Source: Eledone cirrhosa (lineage: Eukaryota). From it: DNA of 64,000 bases. The stretch is from the NCBI GenBank assembly GCA_964016885.1, contig OZ024742.1, positions 136,090,001 to 136,154,000 of the forward strand, in the 5' to 3' direction. This document shows positions 13,918-26,499 of the stretch, piece by piece; the first letter of the stretch is position 1; each line of letters opens with the position of its first letter. The translations under genes were made by a program, and so were the position numbers. The notes under the pieces are model-generated. The model made no database searches. It worked only from the letters and a program-made list of their open reading frames with translations, and was not told the DNA's origin.

Positions 13918-13966
<49 letters not shown>

Positions 13967-13979
13967 CCCTCCTCCCGTA

Positions 13980-14016
<37 letters not shown>

Positions 14017-14039
14017 CTCACAGAGTTGGGTTCACAATC

Positions 14040-14292
14040 ATTCTGTTGAGATATCGATTTCCTGACCGGGTGGTGCTTTGTGCCCTTCAGTTGCGACGTG
14101 ATTGGTTCCAAGCTGTATCGGCCTTTTGCTTTTCTCTTGGACATCAATGGTGTCGTAAAGAGGAGAACCTGTTTTACATGGCCGACTGCTGGTCATCCAC
14201 TGAAATACTTTACTCGGTCTTGTACCTCAGAGTAGAGCTTTCTGGGTACAAATCACATGATCATTCGTGACCGAAGTTGGTTTTTACCCTTT
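14040..14292 (+). mobile_element. SINE (family B head with alternative tail)
   Basis: ccaagctgtatcggcc...actgctggtcatccac...cattcgtgaccgaag, homologous to 51210-51550. Confidence 0.55.
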
Positions 14293-14800
14293 GCATTTAT
14301 AATATGTAGGTTCCTGAGTGGTGTCGGCAGAGTTGGGGAAAGGTAACCACAGTAAAAAAAAGTACTCAATACGTTGATAGAATATAGGCATCATAGCTAT
14401 TTTTTTTTCGCATATATATATATATGGCCTTCGCGCGCTAATATAGCAATTTGTTATTTTCACCTTTACGCAGAGACACGTGGGTGAATGTTTGTGCATG
14501 AAGTGAACAAGCGTGCAGATATCTGTGAAAGTAAAGCTGCATCTGCGTACAAACGTCTGTTGGCTTCCGTGTGTGAATGTTTACTTTCCAGTGTATACAT
14601 ATGAGTGCACACATGGCCTAGTGGTTAGGGTGTTGAAATATGGCTTAATGGTTTGGTACATTTAGCAGTTATTAGGTGCAGGGTTCGATCAAACCACTTG
14701 GCATTTTGGGGCAGTTTCATTAACATAATAATTTAAAAAAGGGTTGTATGTATATAATCTCGCCACTCACCCCAGTGATTATGTCTACACAACAGAGAAG

Positions 14801-14862
<62 letters not shown>

Positions 14863-14890
14863 TATATATGTATGTATGCATAGCTATATG

Positions 14891-14936
<46 letters not shown>

Positions 14937-15112
14937 TATATGTATATATGTGTATCTAAATATATCTGTATATATTTATACATGCATATGTATATATATA
15001 TGTTTAAATATATACATGTATGTATATAGATATGTATATCGATATATATGTGTATATGTTTATATATATATATATATATATATACAGTGTGTGTTTGTGT
15101 GTGTATGAGTGC

Positions 15113-15166
15113 TGGGTTCAATGATGATTTCCATCGAATGAAACAGTTCTAGTAATGTAGAACCCA
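15113..15166 (+). ncRNA. Degenerate type I hammerhead-like motif, paralogue of 54924-54976
   Basis: tgggttc-aATGATGA-t ttc catc gaa t-GAAACAG ttctagta ATGT-A-gaaccca; 7-bp stem I; the core C is lost. Confidence 0.55.
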
Positions 15167-15175
15167 TTTCTATCT

Positions 15176-15210
<35 letters not shown>

Positions 15211-15411
15211 AATAATAGAAATAATAATAATAATTATTATTATTATTGTTATCATTATATAATGCCTCAGTAAATTAGGACGAATTGGCCCCTAACTTCT
15301 TTCAGTCCTTTGTTACTGGAAAACGATTGTGTCGCCTAATATGAAGTTGTTTAGATTCGGACTAGGTAACTACACAGGAGTTACCAAGTTCGATATATAT
15401 GTACGTATGTG

Positions 15412-15453
<42 letters not shown>

Positions 15454-15490
15454 TATATACCTACACAGACAGGCATACAAGCTCATGCGT

Positions 15491-15522
<32 letters not shown>

Positions 15523-15551
15523 ACCACACATACACATATATGCTGCTTGCT

Positions 15552-15755
15552 AAACTCAAATCCGTGGTGAGGTGCTGCTGTACTCCGTCTCCGAATGCAG
15601 GAGCTAATGTCTCCTCAGGCACTGAAGTAAGTCTGTAGGTGTTTCGGCCCCTTCCATGGTGACACGAGAGTTACTGTGGGCCAACCACAGATGTAACCGA
15701 CAAAACACCTACACAACAGCACTATCTATGGTGAGTGATGTTGGGACACCATGAG
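15552..15755 (+). other. Multi-stem structured element, probably an R4/Dong LINE 5' UTR
   Basis: Nested complementary arms gtgctgctgt/acaacagcac, tgtaggtgttt-cgg/ccg-..aaacacctaca, aggag/ctcct and ctgtgg/ccacag; family assignment is from recollection only. Confidence 0.5.
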
Positions 15756-15756
15756 A

Positions 15757-15915
15757 ACAGCATGGCTTAGTGTTTAGAGCGTCGGATTCACAATTGTGAG
15801 GTTGTGAGTTCGATTCCCGGACTGGGCGATGTGTTGTGCATCTAGTCTTCCAAAAAACACCTTGCTCGGAGTTGTGTCTCGGAAGGTAAACTTTCTAGGT
15901 GTACGTCCATGAGCA
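15757..15915 (+). mobile_element. tRNA-derived SINE family B, internally deleted
   Basis: A box catggcttagtgtttagagc and B box gagttcgattccc. Confidence 0.7.
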
Positions 15916-15930
15916 TTATTATTATTATTA

Positions 15931-16133
15931 GGGCGGTGGGTTGGCAGTACGGTAGAGGGTCGGATGCCATGCTTTGACGCATATAGTTACGGCCCTTGCC
16001 GTTCTGAGTTCAAATCCCGCCGAGGTTAACTTTGCCTTTCATCCTTACGGGGGTCGATAAAATAAAGTACCAGTAATCCACTGGGATAATTGCTGCCCTT
16101 GTGCCAAAAATATAAACAATTATTATTATTATT
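15931..16133 (+). mobile_element. tRNA-derived SINE family A, short-tail subfamily
   Basis: ggcggtgggttggcagt (A box), gagttcaaatccc (B box), ctttcatccttacggg(g)gtcgataaaataaagtaccag core, (ATT)n tail. Confidence 0.85.
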
Positions 16134-16145
16134 ACACATACCCCA

Positions 16146-16182
<37 letters not shown>

Positions 16183-16205
16183 TTCTTCTCCTCATTATTG
16201 GTGGA

Positions 16206-16238
<33 letters not shown>

Positions 16239-16574
16239 TAACCCTATGTCTGCATTAATCACTGGTATCGTTGAAAATAATAAAATTATTTAGACAATCA
16301 GTATAGGATTGGTTCTGACCATATTTTATATCGTCCACCGGAGCTGATGAAAATTACGTCTCAATTTGAACTCGGGACATAAAACGTGTTAACATTATAC
16401 TACATGGTGTCCTGGTCTGTCGTCCATGATTTCTTACATAAACTCATTCTCTTCATTGACGTCGTCATTATCAATAACTTCATTATCATCGTTTGACGAG
16501 GTCAATTCGTATGTCTGTCGAGCAACTTATCTTCTTTTTCTTTTTCTTTTTCTTTTTCTTTTTCTTCTTCTTCT

Positions 16575-17075
16575 TCTTCTATCCAACCATCTTGCTCAGG
16601 GTGTACACCTGGGTTTCCTGCCAGTTCGTATAGCCCGTAAAATCTGTCAAGCGATTATTTCCTAAGACATTCTAACCCCATGCCCATAGTATCGGAACTG
16701 TGATCTCTCAGTTCGAAGAAGTATAGGCTCTACCTAGACTGACTCTCTGATCTCCGAACTACACGCACTATCGAATAACGTCATTCGGACGAACCCCATT
16801 TCAGACGTTTTTATCCGCAATCGTATTCTTTCGGTTATTACCCAAAATTCATGACCATATGTAAGTGTTAGCCCGAGTACCGAATTGAAGATTCCGTGTT
16901 TGGTCCGTACGCCTACCTTCCTTCTTCTGAATGCTGAAGCTTGCGCATTACTTCACCAGCTCCCTCCAGTAATTCTTGCAAAAAATTCATCTTCCTGTGT
17001 TCAGTCACTTGTGAACACGGTCCTGAGATACTTAAACGTCTCTACCTGCTTCAGTGGAACTTCAGTCTCCCTGCG
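16575..17075 (-). mobile_element. RTE-clade LINE RT C-terminal fragment
   Basis: Minus frames LKQVETFKYLRTVFTSD and LTLTYGHEFWVITERIRLRIKTSEMGF. Confidence 0.8.
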
Positions 17076-17409
17076 ACTCTTTGCTAGACACTTAGCATAG
17101 ACTTTACTGAGGAGGCTTATCAATGAGATCCCTCTGTAATTGGAACAAACTCTCTTGTCTCCCTTTGGCACATTGTTTATATTCCCATAGATGATGGTTT
17201 GAATGGCAGGGGGAAATATTATTGCGGAATTTTAATACCAAGAGTATAGGAGAAGAACAAAAAAGCATACATAAAATGCGTAAATCCTAAACTCCAGATA
17301 GACATAGGAGGCGTTTAAACCTGGTGCATCCATCCATATTTAGGTTGGAAGCCGATTTCTCCTAGAGAAAATGAAAGTGAGAGAAAGTGGATAAGAGAGA
17401 TAGAGAGCT

Positions 17410-17491
<82 letters not shown>

Positions 17492-17514
17492 CAGGTGAAG
17501 ATAGCGAGAAAGAC

Positions 17515-17660
17515 TTGACTTCAGTACTGGATTAGTACATTATGTATCAACCTCGAAATCATGAAAGGGAAAGTTGACCTCTGTGGGATTTGAACTCAGG
17601 ATCGAGTACGGCAAGGCATTCTATCCGCCGCTCTAACGAATCTGTCAATTCACTGCCTGT
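17515..17660 (-). mobile_element. SINE family A
   Basis: atgaaagggaaagttgacctctgtgggatttgaactcag...ccgctctaacgaatctgtcaattcactgcc. Confidence 0.75.
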
Positions 17661-18289
17661 ATCCAAATATAGAGCATGATGCTTAACATGTTGAATTACA
17701 ACTAACTTTACATTAACCATAATTAAGGCCTGTGATGAAAATTTCGTATCACTTTTGTCGGGCCCCGTGCGGGACTTTTTTTAGGGAGGTCATCCTCCTT
17801 GGCTCTCCATGTCGGTTGAAATTCTTAAAAGTCATGGTCATAATAATCGTTTTTTTTGTTTTTTTTCTTGCCCAAATTGGTGACTGATGAGGAGGACTAC
17901 CAGAAAGAATTAAAAATCCAGAGGAGGTTTACATAGAATCTTGTGTGAGAAATCAGGCATAGAATAAAAATAACAATATCAATGAAACGTTGAAACGTCC
18001 CACCGAGAAGTCTGTACTGTGGTGGAGAGATTGTTCAATCAGTAAATCACATATCACAGATTACTAGATCACGTTTGATTCATTTGTTAGTTATATAAGG
18101 TAATTATAGTATGGTATAGTATGGTCGCGTAACTCCTGGGGAAATCATTGGGGTACCGTATTGACACCCGGCGTTTGTTTGGTACTTTAAAACCTGGCGG
18201 AGCCCATCATCCTCTCCATGTCCGAATACAGCAAATTTCTTCCAGAGAAGGATAGAAAGTGAGAGAGAGGAAGTAAGAAGGAGATAGAT

Positions 18290-18460
18290 ATAGAGGACGA
18301 TTGGACCCCTGTACTTGACTGATACTTTTTATATCAATCTCAGAATGAGGAAACACAAAGTTGACCTGGGTGGGATTAGTAGTCAGAGAACAGAGAGCCG
18401 AAACAAATACCACAAAGCATTCCATCCGAAGTTCTAACGATCCAACCAATTCGCCGTCTA
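18290..18460 (-). mobile_element. SINE family A, degenerate
   Basis: cacaaagttgacctgggtgggatt...ttctaacgatccaaccaattcgccg. Confidence 0.65.
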
Positions 18461-18936
18461 TATAAGGGAATTGAAAGTAGTATTATTAGTCAGATAAACA
18501 CACGTTTATGACGTACACATTTTTATCAACCCCAAGATATGTAAAGGAAAGATGAACATCCAAACAATTTCTTGCTTCTTTGAAGGTATTTTAACGGTGA
18601 CCATACAGCTTTATTTTCGGGAATAGTGTATCTAGGATCGAATGATACAATACGAGGATCAGGAATTGTTCTCAATATGGCTGCCATTGGCTGTAACAGT
18701 TACAGCAATGATGTGATGACTTAGATAATACATGCAGGGCAAGGTCGGTCGTCTTAAATTGTGGTCTGACTAGACAATTTTTCGAGTGCCCCAAACGTGA
18801 TAGAAACACAATGACACCGCATGCTGATCTCGGTCGGCGCCTCTGTGTTAATTACTAGCTGTGGAAAACGAAGAGAATTAATATTTAGGCTATCGTTTCG
18901 TTACTTTAGTATTTCGAACTTGCAAATATACATATG

Positions 18937-19014
<78 letters not shown>

Positions 19015-19173
19015 CAATAAAAACAGAAGTCAGGTGTAAGTAGAGAGTTAGGTCATTGTTTTACGTTCGCTTCAGGGGGCCGATTAAACGGTGGAGATCG
19101 AAGTATCGATTAGGTTAGTTTACTACCCATTGCCAGTCTTGAAGTTCTTGTTCAATCGGACGTCCGCCTCCTC

Positions 19174-19211
<38 letters not shown>

Positions 19212-19282
19212 TAAAATAACAGATTAAAGTTTAAGCAAAGAATCGCTGCTTTCACCCTTTTAGTCTTCAATTTTATTATTAT

Positions 19283-19345
<63 letters not shown>

Positions 19346-19469
19346 TTTACGAAGCTAGTCGAAGAGAATCCGTATAGCTCCAACTGTAACTTACTCAATG
19401 ATATTGCAAGGTTAGAAATAGAAACCTATAACTCTAGAGTTATATATATATATATATAAAAGAAGATTT

Positions 19470-19580
19470 CGCTCTACACAAGAGCAAGAATGAAGTGTTC
19501 ATTCTACAGACATGGCTATAAAATTGAGGTTTGTTTGCATAATTGAAAACGAATCGAATGTTATTATTAATATTCGAAAA
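19470..19580 (-). mobile_element. DNA-transposon terminal fragment, homologous to 41725-41845 and the 33.4-kb MITE TIR
   Basis: Reverse complement ttttcgaatattaataataacattcgattcgtt...gaatgaacacttcatt.ttgctcttgtg nearly matches 41732-41840. Confidence 0.6.
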
Positions 19581-19685
19581 TCCCGCCGAGGTTAACTTTC
19601 ATCCTTACGGGGTCGATAAAATAAAGTACCAGTAATGTACTGGGTATTTGCGACCTTGTGCCAAAAGTAGAAACAATTATTAATA
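19579..19685 (+). mobile_element. 5'-truncated SINE family A, short-tail subfamily
   Basis: aatcccgccgaggttaac...catccttacggggtcgataaaataaagtaccagtaat...ccttgtgccaaaagtagaaacaattatt. Confidence 0.8.
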
Positions 19686-19707
19686 TTTGAAAATGTCAGT
19701 TTACACC

Positions 19708-19771
<64 letters not shown>

Positions 19772-19818
19772 TACATATATACATACACGCGCACAGCACA
19801 CACGCATATATATATAAT

Positions 19819-19880
<62 letters not shown>

Positions 19881-20622
19881 CGAACGCGGACATGAACACA
19901 CGCATACAGACGCGCGCGCACACACACACACAAACACAGAGTATGTACGTAAATCCCTACTGTTTTGTTTATTTCGATATTTATCTTCAGTCATACGAGT
20001 TTTTGTGACTCGTGTGTTCCTGTCCTTGGACCTCTCTCTATTTATTCCTCTCACTCTCCACACCATCTCTCTTTCTTCTACACCAAAACACACACGCAAA
20101 GACACCAAAATCTTGGTCATTTCTTTATCCTTCTTTCTCTCTCCATTCCTTGTTATATATATATATATATACATATATATTTCCCTCTTCTATTTTTCTC
20201 CTGTATTTCTTTTCTCATCCTTTATCTTTTTCCATCATTCTCGTATTTCTCACTCTCTCTCTCTGTCTCTCTCCCCCTCTCATATTTACTCTCATTCTCT
20301 CTAATTCTCACACTCCCTCTTCAATCTTTATCTCATCTAACACTATCCCCTTCGGTTTCTATCTCATTCATTTCTCTTTCTCTCCGCCTATCTCTCTCTC
20401 TCTCAACATCTCCCTCGCCCTCTCTCTCTTCATATCTCTCTCGCTCCCTCTCTCTCAGCCCCTCTCTCTCGCTCTCCTCTTCTCTTGTCATTCTCTCTGT
20501 TTCTCCTCTTTCTCTCTTTCCACTTTCTTTCTATCTCTCCTATCTTTCTTTCTCTCTCTCACAAGTCTCGGATTATCACATCTAACACTCTCTTATAATT
20601 CTAATCTTACCCCTCCTATCAT

Positions 20623-20701
<79 letters not shown>

Positions 20702-20825
20702 ATCTGTCTGTCCGTCTGCCTATTTTCAATTGTATTAATTACCATAATAGTCATTTTATAGATAATGTAGCAACAAACACTTGCAGCTGCATCGCTAAAA
20801 CTGTTGTTTTCGCAGCCGAATCAAC

Positions 20826-20839
20826 TACTACAACTACTG

Positions 20840-20885
<46 letters not shown>

Positions 20886-20911
20886 CTCTACTACTACTAC
20901 TACTACTGCTG

Positions 20912-20966
<55 letters not shown>

Positions 20967-20977
20967 AACAACTACTG

Positions 20978-21013
<36 letters not shown>

Positions 21014-21035
21014 TTACTACTACTACTACTAGTAT

Positions 21036-21085
<50 letters not shown>

Positions 21086-21089
21086 GTAT

Positions 21090-21145
<56 letters not shown>

Positions 21146-21272
21146 TCACTGATACCACTACCGCCATCACTAAATATTACTACTGCTACTACTACCTACT
21201 ACTTCTATTATTACTACTGATGCAAAACAGCCACTACTACTGCTACTACTACTACTACTACTACTACTACTA
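20826..21272. repeat. Long imperfect (CTA)n microsatellite
   Basis: Seen directly; source of the poly-L and poly-V ORFs. Confidence 0.95.
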
Positions 21273-21483
21273 GTGATGTCCCTACCACCGTCACTAACTA
21301 GCAAAGGAGGGAGCTTCTATGTGGTCACTTGACCTGCTATATATAGATATGAAATATTTTTCAAACCCTAATTTAGCTAAATATTTGATATTATCGTCTG
21401 AGATGGTCATGGAAGGCATGCTTCTGCCCATGTACTGAAATGTTTGATCTGTGCTGACTGAAAAAAAACTACCACCTAGTCAT

Positions 21484-21527
<44 letters not shown>

Positions 21528-22327
21528 ATAATAATAATAATAATACTACTAATACTACTACTGCTGCTGTTGCTGCTGCTGATATTGCTGCTGCAGCTGT
21601 TTCATTATTTGAAGATGTGCTATGATTCTACTTGATATCAGTCATGTGCTGGGGATCGATTAAATGATTATTTCCACCTCCGCTGTTTATATCTTTATGA
21701 TTTAGCTGGATATATCTAAAATCGGGTTTGTTCATTCAAATACTTATAGTATCTGTTCTAGTGGTAGACAGTTGTAAAAATGTGCAGTATTAGAATAGAT
21801 AGTTAAGTTGTTTTTTTATGTGATGCAGACAGAGTGCTTTAGTACTTTAAAAAAAAAGGCTTGCTAATGCGGCTTTATGAGGCACAGGATGATACTTAAA
21901 GCCAAATTTGCTGTTAATACCTCTGGGTCGAAAAACAACTACCCAGAGACGCTTTATGATAATAACAATGAAGTTTGTTGTTGTTGTTCTCCTACTGAAA
22001 ATGCTCGTATTCTTTTATTAGTTTCGGTTATTTAAATTTGGCCATGCTGGGGCATCGCATTGAATTTTGTATACTATATCCACCTCAGTGCATATTTCTC
22101 CAATTCCGTATTTAATGTCAACGATGTACTTATGTCAATCCGTTAAGTTACGGGATATAGATAGAAACACAGATTGAAACTTGAACCCAGACATGTATCA
22201 ACCCACCCCCACACACACGGATATATATATATATATATATATGTATGTATAAGTGTGTGTGTGTGGGGGGGGGGGGTAGCTATATATATTTATATATTTT
22301 TATATGAAAAAAAAATATATATATATA

Positions 22328-22710
22328 TCTTCCTTTACGCCCACTTATTCCTGAGAGGGTCGATGGGGCAGAGTCCTCAAGCAGTCCTTCCAGTGGGGCC
22401 TGTCAGAAGAAACCGTCTCCATCTGATCCGACTGGATCCCCAAGCGAAATCAGCCAAGCTCATGGATGTTATTCAGCCATCTTGCTCGGGGTCAACCAAT
22501 GGCACTTCTGTCGGTTGGATTTGTCCAGCAATTCTTTCCTGAGACATTCTAACTACATGTCCATAGTAACGGAGCTGTGATCCATCAATTCGGAGAAGTA
22601 GCGGCTCTACCTGGAATGACAAGATACGCATTCTATCGAGTAAGGTTACTCCAATGACCCTTAGATAAACCCTAATTCGGCCGCTTGTGTTAGCGATCGA
22701 ATTCTTTCAG
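22328..22710 (-). mobile_element. RTE-clade LINE 3' end with 3' UTR
   Basis: [19 protein letters not shown]...VEPLLLRIDGSQLRYYGHVVRMSQERIA...PRARWLNNI; same family as 16575-17075. Confidence 0.8.
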
Positions 22711-22726
22711 TCGTTACCCAAGATTT

Positions 22727-22767
<41 letters not shown>

Positions 22768-22803
22768 TGTACATATATTTATATATACATGTATATATAT
22801 ATA

Positions 22804-22864
<61 letters not shown>

Positions 22865-22868
<4 letters not shown>

Positions 22869-23058
22869 AACAAGTAGGACCCCGACGGCTGAGCTGAAGC
22901 CATTTCGACGGCTATTTCTGAGTCCAGAATTAGCCGTCGAAACGGCTTGAGCTCAGCCGTTGGGGTCCTACTTGTTCCTATTACCCACTCTACTACCCTA
23001 AGTATTGAGTACTTTGGTCTGTTATGGTCCATCTGGTTCCTTACCACATTTCCTTCGT
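22865..23058 (+). mobile_element. (TA)n-embedded hairpin mini-element (Penelope-like tail)
   Basis: 56-bp arms 22865-22920 and 22925-22980 (52/56 complementary), 4-nt loop, then ~80-nt tail with TTGAGTAC; paralogues at 25251 and 54612. Confidence 0.8.
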
Positions 23059-23255
23059 TATATATATATATATAGAGAGAGAGAGATACATATATGTAGG
23101 AGGTGAGTAATATTGTAGAACAATAAAACTATGCATATATCAGATAAGTAGCACTCGATAGTTGGTAGAACTGGTAACCATCTTTTAATTTCTTCATTAT
23201 ATATATACATATATATATATACCTACATATATACATGTGTATGTATATATTTATG

Positions 23256-23700
23256 TCAGGTCACCAGTTGGTGCTACTGGTAACATGTATCCCAGTACAA
23301 CCTGTCCCATGGTCGGGTCGTTGGCGACTAAACTGGCAACCCCACCAAGGTTTCTTGGTGAGGAGGGTGACTTTGGACATCCTGCAGGACTAAAAACAAA
23401 ACCTGTCAAAGGGCAAAGGAGCTCTTAAGAGTCAATGGCCATCCAAAATCACCGGGAGAGATGACCCTTAGCCTTTGTCAAGGCAGAATTCTAGGAGAAG
23501 GAAAACTCTGATATAACACCTGCAACCCTGATGGTATCCAATGATGTTGACTTGTTCTTCTTTTTGGTAAATATCATCTTGGTTAAGAGAGTGGGACTGG
23601 CTTTGTGAAGTGCCTTGCTCACTATAAAAGCTTCACGGCACAGGCATTGCTTTATATCTGGAGATCTCTCTGCACATGTCGTTACATGGTACCATAGGCC
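23256..23700 (+). mobile_element. RTE-like LINE 5' region
   Basis: ctaggagaaggaaaactctga motif, recalled as typical of RTE 5' UTRs; GC content above background. Confidence 0.45.
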
Positions 23701-23719
23701 CCGCACTATGTGTCAATAA

Positions 23720-23856
23720 TTGTCACAAGTGTAGTGTTTGTACCAGAGCTTTCAAGTCGCTGGCTGGACTAAAAAGTCACACTCGTTCAGTGCATCGGTA
23801 GGGGTTCTCCTACATACATATAAAGTAGTGGCCGTACTCGAAAACGAGTTGGCAGC

Positions 23857-23859
<3 letters not shown>
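23720..23859 (-). mobile_element. Short repeat, paralogue of 53473-53570
   Basis: ttgtcacaagtgtagtgtttgtaccagag...gtaggggttctcctac...gtactcgaaaacgagttggcagccac is shared. Confidence 0.75.
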
Positions 23860-23941
<82 letters not shown>

Positions 23942-23952
<11 letters not shown>

Positions 23953-24065
23953 TATATGTATACACACACATATATGTATACACACACATATATGTATACA
24001 CACACATATATGTATACACACACATATATGTATACACACACACATATATATACACACACACATAT
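23942..24065. repeat. 18-bp tandem repeat (TATGTATACACACACATA), about 6 copies
   Basis: Seen directly. Confidence 0.85.
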
Positions 24066-24089
24066 AAATCTATATACCTACATATATAC

Positions 24090-24135
<46 letters not shown>

Positions 24136-24173
24136 ATATAATGTACGTATAGATATATATTTATGTGTGTGTG

Positions 24174-24212
<39 letters not shown>

Positions 24213-24303
24213 CCAAACCTCCATCTGTTAGCCCTGGTCTGTATTTAAACCACACCACACCACACCACAACCACACCACAACCAACCACACACACGTATG
24301 GCC

Positions 24304-24322
24304 TGGCCACTAGGTGGCATCT
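24304..24322 (+). promoter_or_regulatory. Candidate CTCF site
   Basis: TGGCCACTAGGTGGCATCT vs consensus TGGCCACCAGGGGGCGCTA. Confidence 0.45.
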
Positions 24323-24674
24323 ATTGTCTCTCTACTCTACAACGTATATAGACATAATGAGAAACATAATATATGAGTGTAGTATTGTTTTGGTCCAGGG
24401 CAATCCGGTTTGCTATGAAGTGAAATATTATTCCTCCATCCTATGTGACATTATTACTTTATTGCTGCTTTTTCTGCAGCTGTTACTGCAACTATTGGCG
24501 TTACTACTGTTGTGGCAGCGTACAAGGCTTCCTACACTACTACTGCAACTACTGCTCTTACTGCTGCTGTTGTTGCAGTTTTCATAGATTCTAATGTTGC
24601 AACTACTTTGGCTGCTGCTGCTGCTACTGTTGCTGATGTTGCTGCCGTTGCAGCTACTACTACTACTACTGCTG

Positions 24675-24714
<40 letters not shown>

Positions 24715-24855
24715 CACTACTACTACTACTACTTCTGCTGCTGCTGCTGCTACTGCTTCTGCTGCTGCTATAGCTACTACTACTTCTACCACTGCTGCTC
24801 CTGCTGCTAATACGACTACCACTGCTGCTGCTGCGCTACTACTGCTACTACTATA

Positions 24856-24921
<66 letters not shown>

Positions 24922-25181
24922 GCTACTACTACTATGTTACTATATTTGAACCACGTACACATACATTCATTTCGTAAAGTGACACACACACACACACACA
25001 CACATTTTTTTATATATGTACTTATATCAAATATATATAATGTATATCATATATATTGCATATTTAATCCTATATGATAAATTATATATATTTACACTTA
25101 CACAGCCATATAGAATATGGTCATAATATGTATATATGTGTGTGTATATATATATATGTATATGTATATATGCACATATGT

Positions 25182-25497
<316 letters not shown>

Positions 25498-25741
25498 ACG
25501 TGTGTGTAATTAGTAAAGGAAACAAAACAAACACAGTGATGCAAAAATAGAGTTATATTAGTTTCACGCTCGGAGGAAATGCAGCAGAGTTCGACGTTGC
25601 GGACAGAAATATAATCAAAATTAAGAAATATATGTGTATATACCCATATATCTTTAGATAATCACATAGTATTTTGCATATAATATTTAATATATTATTT
25701 AAGGTGGAAAAGCTATTATTTCCTAAGCTCGTAAAACCGGC

Positions 25742-25842
<101 letters not shown>

Positions 25843-26499
25843 GTGAGCTCACAAAAAATAAGGTGTTGCAGGACAGAGCAAAGGTGAGACACAAAATAAC
25901 AAATTAGTCACTGGGGAGTGACGAAAGATAATAAACAACAATCCGGTTATTTAACTTATTTATCAGCCTCAGAAGATTTAAAGGTAAACTTCCTATTGGC
26001 AGGTTATGAACGTGGAGAACACTGTGCCCGAATAAAGAGCGATACCTGTCGCATATAACATAAGGCACATGAAAGAGGAATGTACTTAGGACGATTGGTG
26101 TTATAAGAGAAACAATGAAGGAATATTGGCTTGAACTCAAAGACAAGCCCTAAATATCATTGAGGTAAATATATCTACAAAGAAAACGTAGACAATGTTC
26201 AGAAAGAATATGGAATCTCCCTATATAACATGAAATATACCAACATACACGAGTGGGCATCAGCTACTACAGACACTCCTATACGTGCAAGTGCATAACA
26301 CATACACAGGACAGAAAGACAAGATTAAGTAAATAAAACAAAATAAAGAAAGAAGAGGAAAAACATTGGAGCGAGTTTCGTCATTCAGAAGGTCACAGAA
26401 TGCGTGACGAAGGAAACTTGGACATTATGACAATTATAATAAATAAAAACAAAACAACATCCGATTAGTAATCTAACCGAGGAATGAATTATTTATTGA

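Noticed and set aside
15757-16030. tRNA genes
   Set aside because: A and B boxes belong to multi-copy SINE heads; no complete cloverleaf
17883-17910. CTGATGAG...GAAA
   Set aside because: No stem II, III or I pairing
19464-19490. GCTC...GAGC-GAAA hammerhead stem on the minus strand
   Set aside because: No CTGANGA core; the sequence belongs to the DNA-transposon end shared with 41.7 kb
19965-20761. 206- and 249-aa Ser/Leu-rich ORFs
   Set aside because: CT-rich low-complexity sequence
24512-24935. Poly-Ala/Thr mucin- or antifreeze-like ORF
   Set aside because: (GCT)/(ACT) repeat tract with no supporting exon structure
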